NCBI GenBank assembly: GCA_964247135.1 | Contig: CAXTTL010000088.1 | Coordinates: forward strand, 1-17,640 | Reading direction: 5' to 3' | Source of the DNA: an uncultured Deinococcales bacterium | GTDB lineage: Bacteria; Deinococcota; Deinococci; Deinococcales; JAAFIG01 | DNA: 17,640 nt | Shown: positions 7,705-15,592 of the stretch, one piece after another | How positions within the stretch are numbered: the stretch's first letter is position 1 | How the letters are laid out: each line of letters begins with the position of its first letter | Translations under genes and position numbers: made by a program | The notes under the pieces: generated by a model | What the model was told of the DNA's origin: nothing | Database searches by the model: none | Seen by the model: the letters and a program-made list of their open reading frames with translations, nothing else

Positions 7705-9153
7705 ATGAGGGCTATCTCAGTTTCAAACTTAATCCCAACTGCCTTGCTCGAGGCGTTAAAAGCCGTACTCGGCAGCAAAATGCACACCAACGCCACAGAA
7801 ATGCTCTTGTACCGTTACGATGCCATCGCGCAAGGTCCTGCGCCCGTGGCGGTGGTCATCGCCGAGAGCACGCAAGATGTGGCGACCACCTTAAAACTTT
7901 GCAATGCCTACAAAATTCCGGTGGTGCCGCGTGGAGGCTCGAGCGGTCTGTCGGGTGGGGCTGTGCCTGTGGGTGCGTGCATCATGGTGGCAACCAACAA
8001 AATGACCAAACTCGAGGTTAATGGGTTGGCTCGCACGGCAACGGTGCAACCTGGCGTGATTACCGACGCGATCAGCGCCAAAGCCAAAAGGTTTGGTTTG
8101 TACTACCCGCCCGACCCAGCCTCGAGCCGTCAAAGTACGATTGGCGGCAACATTGCCGAGAACGCTGGCGGTCCGCAGTGTTTGAAAAAAGGTGTGACTG
8201 GGGATTATGTGCTCGAACTCGAGTTTGTCACCAGCGATGGTGAAATCAGACGCATGAACCGCGCGGGTTTGGACATTCCTGGGGTGATTATCGGGTCTGA
8301 AGGCACGCTGGCATTTGTCACCGAAGCGCTTTTGAAACTCGAGCCGATCCCGAAATTCACGCGCACGGCGTTCGCGGTGTTCTCCGATCTTGGGCAGGCG
8401 GGTCGTGCGGTGGCACTGATTACCGCCAGGGGTTTAACGCCCGCCAAGCTCGAGTTGATGGATCAGAACAGCATCAAAGCGGTGGAGCAATTTTTGCATT
8501 TGGGGCTGCCCGTGGATGCCGAAGCGATTCTGGTTTGCGATTGCGACGGTAATGATGCGCAGGTGGTGAATCTCGAGATTGAAAGTGCCGCCGAAGCATT
8601 TCGTGAAGCTGGCGCGACCCAAACCAAACTGGCTGCCGATGCACTCGAGGCGGCGCAACTCTGGAAGGCGCGGCGCAGCGTCTCTCCTGCGCTGGGGAAC
8701 ATTCGCCCAAACCGTTTCAACGAAGACATTGTTGTGCCGCGCAGCACCCTCGAGCCAGCCATGCGAGAAATGCAGGAGATCGCCAAACGCTATCCGTTTC
8801 CGTTCGCCATTTTTGGACATGCGGGCGACGGCAATTTGCACCCGAATATTTTGTTCAACCGCACCACCGACAACATCGAACAGGTGGACGAATTCGCGCA
8901 CGAAATTGCTCGAGTTGCGCTAAGGCACGGTGGCGTCCTCAGTGGCGAGCATGGCATTGGACTGATGAAACGCGGCTTCATGACCGAAGCCACCCCTCGA
9001 GCGACCTTGGAAGCCTACTGGCGCATCAAACACGCCTTTGACCCGAACGGCATCATGAACCCTGGGAAGTTGCTGCCCGATCTCGAGGGTGCAGCAATTC
9101 CAAAACCCGAACGGGTGGCGTTGGGTGAACGGGATTTTGATTTAACGACTTGA
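7705..9153 (+). CDS. FAD-linked oxidase, GlcD / D-lactate dehydrogenase family
   Basis: PRGGSSGLSGG, YPPDPASS..STIGGNIAENAGG, GSEGTL, GHAGDGNLHP, SGEHGIG, DPNGIMNPGK. Start moved to ATG 7705, 6 nt after TACGCT (7693-7698). Confidence 0.93.
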   Translation: MRAISVSNLIPTALLEALKAVLGSKMHTNATEMLLYRYDAIAQGPAPVAVVIAESTQDVATTLKLCNAYKIPVVPRGGSSGLSGGAVPVGACIMVATNKMTKLEVNGLARTATVQPGVITDAISAKAKRFGLYYPPDPASSRQSTIGGNIAENAGGPQCLKKGVTGDYVLELEFVTSDGEIRRMNRAGLDIPGVIIGSEGTLAFVTEALLKLEPIPKFTRTAFAVFSDLGQAGRAVALITARGLTPAKLELMDQNSIKAVEQFLHLGLPVDAEAILVCDCDGNDAQVVNLEIESAAEAFREAGATQTKLAADALEAAQLWKARRSVSPALGNIRPNRFNEDIVVPRSTLEPAMREMQEIAKRYPFPFAIFGHAGDGNLHPNILFNRTTDNIEQVDEFAHEIARVALRHGGVLSGEHGIGLMKRGFMTEATPRATLEAYWRIKHAFDPNGIMNPGKLLPDLEGAAIPKPERVALGERDFDLTT

Positions 9154-9163
9154 AGGAGGCTTG

Positions 9164-9574
9164 ATGATTGCCTCTGCCGAAGAATTTGTTCAACTGCGAG
9201 GCAGCAGCCTCATGCACGAGTACCTACGAGCCGCCCATGAATCGGCTGAGATTCAAGTGTGGCTCGAGGTCATTGAAAAATTTCCCGAGTATCATTTTTG
9301 GGTTGCACACAATAAAACAATTCCGAACGAGATCATCCAACTGCTTTCAGAATCATCCGATACTCCAGTAAGGCATATGATTGCGAGCAAAAGAAAAACC
9401 CCAGCGTACATCCTCGAGAAACTCTCTCGAGATACCGATGAATCTGTGCGTTTGCGGGTTGCGTATAACGCCAAAGTTCCCACAGAAATTCTTGTTGCGA
9501 TGCTTGATGACCCTTGGGAAGAAGTCGTCAGAATCGTGCAGGAAAAACTAACTCAACGCGAATCAAAACCTTAA
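9164..9574 (+). CDS. Small HEAT/LRV-repeat hypothetical protein
   Basis: GGAGG SD at 9155-9159. About 24-aa repeats: VAHNKTIPNEIIQLLSESSDTPVR / IASKRKTPAYILEKLSRDTDESVR / VAYNAKVPTEILVAMLDDPWEEVV. Confidence 0.8.
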   Translation: MIASAEEFVQLRGSSLMHEYLRAAHESAEIQVWLEVIEKFPEYHFWVAHNKTIPNEIIQLLSESSDTPVRHMIASKRKTPAYILEKLSRDTDESVRLRVAYNAKVPTEILVAMLDDPWEEVVRIVQEKLTQRESKP

Positions 9575-10839
9575 TTCCCAACATCCTCGAGTGAGCGCAA
9601 TGCCGTCTCGAGGATCACATCTCGTCCCAAGCTGAGCGAAAGCATGTCCTCGGGCACGATTTGATCTGGTGTGACACGGTTTGGAAATTTTGTACCGTCC
9701 GCGTTTTGGGCGCGTCCCAAACTGATTGCCATGCTCGAGCCGTCGGGCAGGTTAAAAAAACTGTTGCTGGTGTCGAGTGCGCCCAGGGTTGGTGTGCCAT
9801 AGACTTTGGCGCGGGCGTTTTTTTGCAGGATGTACGCCAAATATTCGGGCGCACTTTTGGCAATGCTGTTGGTTAAGACCGCAAGTTTTCCCGTCCAAAA
9901 CGCGGGTTGCGCGACCAGTGGCACGGTACTCACGCTATCGTTTTCGGTTTGCATGAATTTGCCGTTTGCAAATTCAAATTTCAGTTTGCCCCAACGAAAT
10001 TCGTCGAGCAGCACTGGATGCTCGACGAATGCGCCGACGCTGGCAAGCATTTCGGTGACCAAACCGCCGGCGCTATCACGCACGTCTAAAACAATAGCTC
10101 GAGGTTGATTCTTTTGGGCTTGACGCACCAGGGCATGAATTCTGCTGGCGACTTGCCCACCGGCTTTAAATTGAAAAATCGTGATGATGGCAACGTTGCC
10201 GCGCCACTCGAGTTGCGGCGACCAGGGTGCAAGGTAGCTGGGTGTGACCTCAAGCGTGTGCGTGGCAGCATCGACGCTGGCAACTCGGATTTTAAAGCTT
10301 TTGTTTTCCGCCTCGAGTGCTTTGAATGCGTCGATGGCTTCGATTTCGTTTTTGAATTGACTGGTTTTGAAATCCCCAAATTTGTAAATTCGGTCGCCTC
10401 GTTTTAAACCTGCTTTATCGGCGGGACTGCCCTGCAAGACCCGATTGACCAGCAGCACATCCGAATCGGGCAAGCTGCTCAAACGCACGCCAATGCTGGT
10501 GGTCGGTAAGCTCTGCCCTGCAAATTCTCGGTCCCTGGCTTTGGTTTGCTCCACGTCCAACCTGTAAGTGTGCGGGTCGTTCAGGCTCGAGATCATGGCG
10601 TTCACCACACCCTCGGCGGCGCTGAACGGGCAAGGATTCAGGTTTTTGCAAGCCTGCTCGAGTTGCGGTTGAAATTGGCTGCGTAAATCCTTGATGTTCA
10701 AACTCGAGTAACCGTAATAGTTGGTGTCCAGCAACTCGAGGGTTTTTTCAAACAGTTGCACCCCTGGCGCGACAAGATCGGCTTTGGAAAATGACAATGC
10801 CAGCAAGAGCACAACAATGCCGAACGCAGGAAATTTCAT
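9571..10839 (-). CDS. Secreted S41-family peptidase with PDZ domain
   Basis: Signal peptide MKFPAFGIVVLLLALSFSKA, LNDPHT, PDZ GSPADKAGLKRGDRI, LDVRDSAGG, KSAPE catalytic Ser, VTPDQIV. TAAGCT box 8 nt before ATG 10839. Confidence 0.9.
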   Translation of the reverse strand: MKFPAFGIVVLLLALSFSKADLVAPGVQLFEKTLELLDTNYYGYSSLNIKDLRSQFQPQLEQACKNLNPCPFSAAEGVVNAMISSLNDPHTYRLDVEQTKARDREFAGQSLPTTSIGVRLSSLPDSDVLLVNRVLQGSPADKAGLKRGDRIYKFGDFKTSQFKNEIEAIDAFKALEAENKSFKIRVASVDAATHTLEVTPSYLAPWSPQLEWRGNVAIITIFQFKAGGQVASRIHALVRQAQKNQPRAIVLDVRDSAGGLVTEMLASVGAFVEHPVLLDEFRWGKLKFEFANGKFMQTENDSVSTVPLVAQPAFWTGKLAVLTNSIAKSAPEYLAYILQKNARAKVYGTPTLGALDTSNSFFNLPDGSSMAISLGRAQNADGTKFPNRVTPDQIVPEDMLSLSLGRDVILETALRSLEDVGN

Positions 10840-10952
10840 TGGGGTAAAGCTTAACGCCGCAATGCTTGAAATTCTCGAGAGGGCTTTAAGAAACGTGAGT
10901 TTAGATTCCATGACAAACTTCATGAAGACCAGATTCAAACTACACCCGAGAT

Positions 10953-11492
10953 TTAGGCGGGTACAAGTAAGGCGTGCAAGACATCAAAGACCAGTAAAAA
11001 ACCGCCTTGAATCAATATTGCTGTGCCAGCGCCGCGCCAAGTCTCTTCTGTTCTCGAGACCAAATACAAGCCGCTCGCCACGTACAAAATGTCCAAACCA
11101 GCGTTGATCCAGAGTGTGTTGCGCAACCCCGCATAATCTTGGGTTTCAGCGCCGAGCAAGCCAATCAAAGCGATTGCACCATTCACAAACCCCCAAGCGC
11201 CGCTCATGCCCCAAAACCCTTTTTGCGAATCGGTACTCGAGAGCCACAAACCCAGCACGCTCGCACCCATCCAAGGGATAGCCCAAACCAGCAGACGTTT
11301 GGAAATTTGAGAACCCGCAAATCCTGGCTCGAGGTTGCCGAACAGGGTTTGCAGGACGTTCAAACTTTTTGCAATTGTTGGTGTTGTTTCTGGGGCGGCT
11401 TGCAAGCTCGAGAATACGATGTGAAATTCTTGGGCTTGGGTGGGAACGAGCGCCATAACAAACACGAGCACAAAAACCAGGAATACTTTCAT
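10953..11492 (-). CDS. Hypothetical membrane protein (signal peptide plus about 4 TM; DUF6992-like)
   Basis: WGFVNGAIA, INAGLDILYV, GTAILIQGGFLLVFD pattern. TAAACT box 6 nt before the ATG. Family label is from recall. Confidence 0.8.
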   Translation of the reverse strand: MKVFLVFVLVFVMALVPTQAQEFHIVFSSLQAAPETTPTIAKSLNVLQTLFGNLEPGFAGSQISKRLLVWAIPWMGASVLGLWLSSTDSQKGFWGMSGAWGFVNGAIALIGLLGAETQDYAGLRNTLWINAGLDILYVASGLYLVSRTEETWRGAGTAILIQGGFLLVFDVLHALLVPA

Positions 11493-11501
11493 GGCTCGAG
11501 T

Positions 11502-12767
11502 TTAAAGCATTTCGAGACTGGATTGATGGTCATTCGGGTCGGCGATTTGACCATCATCCTCGAGCCTTAAATCTCGCAGTTTCGGCGCGAGAATTGTGCT
11601 GCCCGCCACCACGCCCAGCGTCACCAGTCCACCCATCCAAACGCTGCGCACCACACCAAGCAAGCTGGCGGCAAACCCGCTTTCAAACGCCCCAATCTCG
11701 TTGCTCGAGCCAATAAAAATCCAGGTCACGGCGGCGATCCTGCCGCGCATGTGCTCTGGGGACATGACGCGTTGGATGGCGCTACGGATAATCATGCTGA
11801 CGCCGTCGAACGCGCCCGAAAGTGCCAGGGCGAACATTGAAAGCCAGAGGTTCCTCGAGAAGGCGAAAAGAATAATGGACAAGCCAAAGCCTGCGACTGC
11901 CAAGAGCAGGTTGCGTCCCGCCGTGCGGGTGGGTGGATAACGCGTGGCAATCAGCATGGTCAGCAGCGTGCCGATAGAGGTTGAAGCGCTGAGCAAGCCC
12001 AGACCGCCAGCGCCAACGTGCAAAATGTCGTTGGCGAACACGGGCAGCAACGCGACCGCGCCACCGAACAAGACCGCGATCAAGTCCAGCGCCATCGAAC
12101 CGACCAGCACTTGGTTGGCGAAAACATATCGCACACCTTCAGAAATACTTTGCCAAATATTTTCACTTTCATCTGGCACGGGCACGGGCTTGCTCGAGAG
12201 GCTGGCGATGCAAAGCCATGACAACCCGAGCAGGATGGCAATCAAAACATAAGTGGCGGTCACGCCAAAGGCATCGTAAGCCACGCCGCCCAAAGCGGGT
12301 CCAATGATCGAGCTGCCCTGCCCAACGCTCGATAAGAGCGCACTCGAGCGAACGAACGTGGCTTGTGGGATGACCTGGGTTTCAAAGGCGCTGGCGGCAG
12401 GATCACCGAATCCTCTGGCAAGACCCGCCACAAAAACCACGGCGTACATCGACAGCAAGCCAAAACGTTGTGGCTCAAGCGAGAACACGGCAAACGCCAC
12501 AATGCACAAAATGTTGATACCTCGGGTGACCAGGACAATCAAACGGCGGTCGAGACGGTCTGCGACATGCCCACCAAAAAGTGCCAGCGACAAAGCCGGA
12601 ATCGCTTCGACCAGTCCCAGAAATCCGAGGCTGAGCGGATTTTTGGTGAGGGCATAAATTTGGTATCCGATCACCACGGTCAAAGCACGATTGGCAAGCG
12701 CACCGAACATGCTCTCGAGCAACAATATTCTAAACTCGAGCGGTAAAGAGACAGCATTGGGTTTCAT
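11502..12767 (-). CDS. MFS transporter (DHA3/EntS-like)
   Basis: About 12 TM segments; motif A GGHVADRLDRR; PEHMRGR; AAGGA SD upstream. Confidence 0.93.
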   Translation of the reverse strand: MKPNAVSLPLEFRILLLESMFGALANRALTVVIGYQIYALTKNPLSLGFLGLVEAIPALSLALFGGHVADRLDRRLIVLVTRGINILCIVAFAVFSLEPQRFGLLSMYAVVFVAGLARGFGDPAASAFETQVIPQATFVRSSALLSSVGQGSSIIGPALGGVAYDAFGVTATYVLIAILLGLSWLCIASLSSKPVPVPDESENIWQSISEGVRYVFANQVLVGSMALDLIAVLFGGAVALLPVFANDILHVGAGGLGLLSASTSIGTLLTMLIATRYPPTRTAGRNLLLAVAGFGLSIILFAFSRNLWLSMFALALSGAFDGVSMIIRSAIQRVMSPEHMRGRIAAVTWIFIGSSNEIGAFESGFAASLLGVVRSVWMGGLVTLGVVAGSTILAPKLRDLRLEDDGQIADPNDHQSSLEML

Positions 12768-12841
12768 GAAATTCCTTGGTTGGTCTGGAGTTTGCTCGAG
12801 CGCTGTGCGAGACTTCGGAATTCATCATGCCATGAACTCAG

Positions 12842-12873
12842 AAAAAAACGCACGACTGAAACCAGTCGTGCGT
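12842..12873 (-). terminator. Rho-independent terminator of the foldase gene
   Basis: Perfect 11-bp stem ACGCACGACTG/CAGTCGTGCGT with a 4-nt loop, followed on the minus strand by a T run; 16 bp after the stop. Confidence 0.92.
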
Positions 12874-12889
12874 CGCTCGAGATTGATGT

Positions 12890-14923
12890 TTACTTTGAGG
12901 CTGGCGGTGCGGTTGGGGTGGTTGGCGTTGTGGTTGGAGTCGTTGGCGTGGTGGTCGGAGTTGTGGTTGCGCCAGGAGTTGTGGGGGTTGTGGTTGGGTT
13001 TAGCTTCTCGCGTTCGGCTTTGGCTTTGGCATCGGCGGCGGCTTTGTCGGCATCGGCTTTCTTGGCGCGAAGCTCGAGTTGTTTGCGGACATCGTCGTAC
13101 TTTTTGACGGGTTTGGCGGCTTTAACGGTGTCGGTCAGCCATTTTTGTCCGACCACGGCGCGTTTGCCGATCAAGGCTTTGTCTTTGGCATCACTGGCAA
13201 CCTCAGTAAATGGTTTGACGCTCTTTTCGATGTAAGATTTCACGCCGACCACGACAAACTGCTTGTTGTTGGCGATCACGTCAGTGACTTGTAACGCGCC
13301 CGCTTTGGTCAGGGCTTTGGCTTCAAACAGCACTTTTTTGTAGGCTGGATTGACGCTCTCTGGGGTCACAGAACCAGTCTCGGTGACTGTCCCTTTTTGC
13401 TTGGCGGCATCCTTGGTGAAATCCGTTCCGCCGGCAATGAACGCGGTGCGGAAGGCTTTGGCTTGCTCGAGGGTCTTGAAGCTTGCCTCCTCGATGTCGG
13501 CGCTGGCTGGGGTGGTGTAGGTGGCGATGTTGTCGGTGTAATACTTTTTCACGTCCGCGTCGGTGATGGTGGTGTCTTTGGATTGATAGTTTTGAATTTG
13601 TTGCAGTATGTCTGCGCTCGCACCGAAGAAGGGTTGCCCGCTCTTCTTGGCGGCTTGCACGGCGACCTCTCGGTTGATCAGGTTGTCCAGGCTTTGCGGT
13701 TTGAAGAATTGCTCGACCAGCGTTGCGCCCTGGGCACCCTGCTGCAAGAATTGTTGAATCTGTTGGTTGCTGTAGACCTCACGGTTGAGTTCTGAAAGCT
13801 TGATGTCGGTTTTGCCGACGGTGGCGACGGCAGGGTCGTAAAAGTCGAGGGTCGAATCTTTTGGAAACTCGAGTTTGGCGTTTTGCTGTAAGCCCTTGAC
13901 CCAGGCTTCGATGGCGCCGTTGCCTTTCAAGGCTTTGGCATCTTCGGTCAGTTTGTTGGTCTCTTTACCGTCGGCGGCTTTGTCCATTTTGGCTTTTAAA
14001 GTTTCAAAACTTGGCACGCCGGCAGGCAAGAATTTTTCGACCTTGACAATGTAGAATTTGCCGCCGTCGGCGATGGTTGGCGTCACGCCGCCCTGTTTGA
14101 GTTTAAACGCGGCATCGGCAATGTTTTTGGGCAGGGCGATGTCGGCAATCGGTTGCGGGATTTTCTCGCCCGTTTTGGCGCCCAGAGCGCCGTCTTGATC
14201 TTTGCCAATCGTGCTCTTTTCGTGCGCGAGTTTGTCGAAGGCTTCGCCAGCTTTGAGGCTGGCTTGAATCGCGTCGGCATCGGCTTGTTTGTCCACCACA
14301 ATTTGACGCGCCAGAATGCGGTCGTTTTCTTTGTAGTTGTTTTTGTTTTGATCGTAAAAGAATTTCAGTTCGGCATCACTTATCGTGACGCCCTTTTGAA
14401 TCTCTTCGATGCGTTTGGTCAATTGCAATTGTTGACGCACGGCATCGCGGAAGGTGGCGTCGTTGTAACCGTTGGACTGCACAAAAGCCGTGTAATCCGA
14501 ATCTTTGGTCAGTTGGCGTTGGGCGCGAAGGTCGGTGATGTACTTGCTGACATCGCCACCGCTGACGTTGGTGCGGCTGGCATCTTGGCGGGCGCTCGAG
14601 ACGAGCACGAGTTGGTTCATTAAAAGGTTGTTGACGTCTTGTTGAAACGTTCCGCCGTTGGCGAGTCCGAAGAGTTGATTTTGCTGTTTGGTTCGGTCGT
14701 AATCTTGTTCGGTGACGGGTGTGCCATTGACGCTGAACAAAGTCTTGCCATTGGTACGCTGCGGACCACCGGTCAAAGACGCCAGGTTGGGCGTAAATTG
14801 CACGATCATGCCCGCCAGCAATGCCACCGCCACAACGCCGAGCACCACCCGTGCCAGGACGGTGCGTTTGGAGGTGGGTTCGGATTGCTCGAGGGCTGCG
14901 TATTTCTTTGGTGTTTCTCTCAC
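12890..14923 (-). CDS. Membrane-anchored parvulin-type peptidyl-prolyl isomerase / foldase (PrsA/PpiD/SurA-like)
   Basis: AGGAGG 7 nt before the GTG. N-terminal TM, SurA_N-like SVNGTPVT, parvulin ARQIVV...GEAFDKLAHEKS...GGKFYIVKVE, a second degenerate repeat, and a Thr/Pro tail. Confidence 0.9.
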   Translation of the reverse strand: MRETPKKYAALEQSEPTSKRTVLARVVLGVVAVALLAGMIVQFTPNLASLTGGPQRTNGKTLFSVNGTPVTEQDYDRTKQQNQLFGLANGGTFQQDVNNLLMNQLVLVSSARQDASRTNVSGGDVSKYITDLRAQRQLTKDSDYTAFVQSNGYNDATFRDAVRQQLQLTKRIEEIQKGVTISDAELKFFYDQNKNNYKENDRILARQIVVDKQADADAIQASLKAGEAFDKLAHEKSTIGKDQDGALGAKTGEKIPQPIADIALPKNIADAAFKLKQGGVTPTIADGGKFYIVKVEKFLPAGVPSFETLKAKMDKAADGKETNKLTEDAKALKGNGAIEAWVKGLQQNAKLEFPKDSTLDFYDPAVATVGKTDIKLSELNREVYSNQQIQQFLQQGAQGATLVEQFFKPQSLDNLINREVAVQAAKKSGQPFFGASADILQQIQNYQSKDTTITDADVKKYYTDNIATYTTPASADIEEASFKTLEQAKAFRTAFIAGGTDFTKDAAKQKGTVTETGSVTPESVNPAYKKVLFEAKALTKAGALQVTDVIANNKQFVVVGVKSYIEKSVKPFTEVASDAKDKALIGKRAVVGQKWLTDTVKAAKPVKKYDDVRKQLELRAKKADADKAAADAKAKAEREKLNPTTTPTTPGATTTPTTTPTTPTTTPTTPTAPPASK
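12902..12998 (-). repeat. Low-complexity Thr/Pro (TTPT) coding repeat at the foldase C-terminus
   Basis: Encodes PTTTPTTPGATTTPTTTPTTPTTTPTTPTAPP with varied synonymous codons. Confidence 0.85.
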
Positions 14924-14984
14924 GTTACTGCCTCCTGTGACGGTTGGATCACGTTGTTAATTTCATTGCTCACACTTTATTGGC

Positions 14985-15014
14985 TTGCACTCTATCGGGT
15001 TGTCAGTGTACTCT
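14985..15014 (+). promoter_or_regulatory. Candidate tRNA promoter
   Basis: TTGCAC (14985-14990), 18-bp spacer, TACTCT (15009-15014). Confidence 0.45.
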
Positions 15015-15049
15015 TCAAACAGATGCTTGACGCATCGTTGGTTCTTTTT

Positions 15050-15126
15050 GCACCCGTAGCTCAGCCGGATAGAGCGTTGCCCTCCGGAGGCAAAGGTCAC
15101 AGATTCGAATTCTGTCGGGTGCACCA
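15050..15126 (+). tRNA. tRNA-Arg(CCG)
   Basis: Acceptor GCACCCG/CGGGTGC, D arm GCTC/GAGC, anticodon arm TTGCC-CTCCGGA-GGCAA (CCG at 15084-15086), T arm ACAGA-TTCGAAT-TCTGT, encoded CCA; 77 nt. Confidence 0.97.
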
Positions 15127-15469
15127 AAAACAAATTCCTTTCAAGGTTTCGGCACGGGTTTGCACTTGCAAGCTCGCGCGCGAAATTCTAGCACGGCTTT
15201 GGGGGTTTGATGTACCAAAACCCGATAACACGCCGTATTGGTCGCGCGTCCATGATTTCAGGCTTTGCTGTGCAAATGCTGAACCGACTTGCAGCAAGGC
15301 GTTGAACTCGAGTTGCCTGCGAACTTCATGGGTTTTTGAAATCGGTAATGGATTGGAAATGCTCGAGCCATACATTAAAAGTTGCTCGAGTGTTCAGATC
15401 GGTTGAAGTTTTTTAACAAACCAATTTTCCAAGTTGAGTTTTAGCACTCTGCCTCTGACTTTTTGGGTC

Positions 15470-15498
15470 TTGACAAATGATTTTAAAGCCTGTAACTT
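15470..15498 (+). promoter_or_regulatory. Sigma70 promoter of the LacI/ABC sugar operon
   Basis: TTGACA (15470-15475), 17-bp spacer, TAACTT (15493-15498). Confidence 0.8.
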
Positions 15499-15530
15499 TA
15501 CCGCTAAAGAAACCAAGTTTACCGCTAAAG
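15496..15530. promoter_or_regulatory. Two tandem LacI-type operators
   Basis: TTTACCGCTAAAG at 15497-15509 and 15518-15530. Quasi-palindrome TTTAnCGnTAAA with central CG; 21-bp period; overlaps the -10 box and the expected TSS. Confidence 0.85.
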
Positions 15531-15592
15531 CATGGGCTTTCAATTGAAAGCACTATTGTTTAGTCGTATTTAACGCCCTACGAGGTCTTTCT

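Noticed and set aside
9770-9860. S41 peptidase inactive because it has GTPTLGA rather than the CtpA TxGK lysine
   Set aside because: The catalytic Ser motif is present, and other S41 subgroups lack this lysine.
14639-15406. 255-aa plus-strand ORF and the 92-aa minus ORF 15097..15375
   Set aside because: They overlap the foldase gene and/or the tRNA and have no recognisable motifs.
15441-15449. TTAGCACTC, the left arm of a CIRCE element
   Set aside because: The right arm GAGTGCTAA is missing after N9, and no chaperone gene follows.
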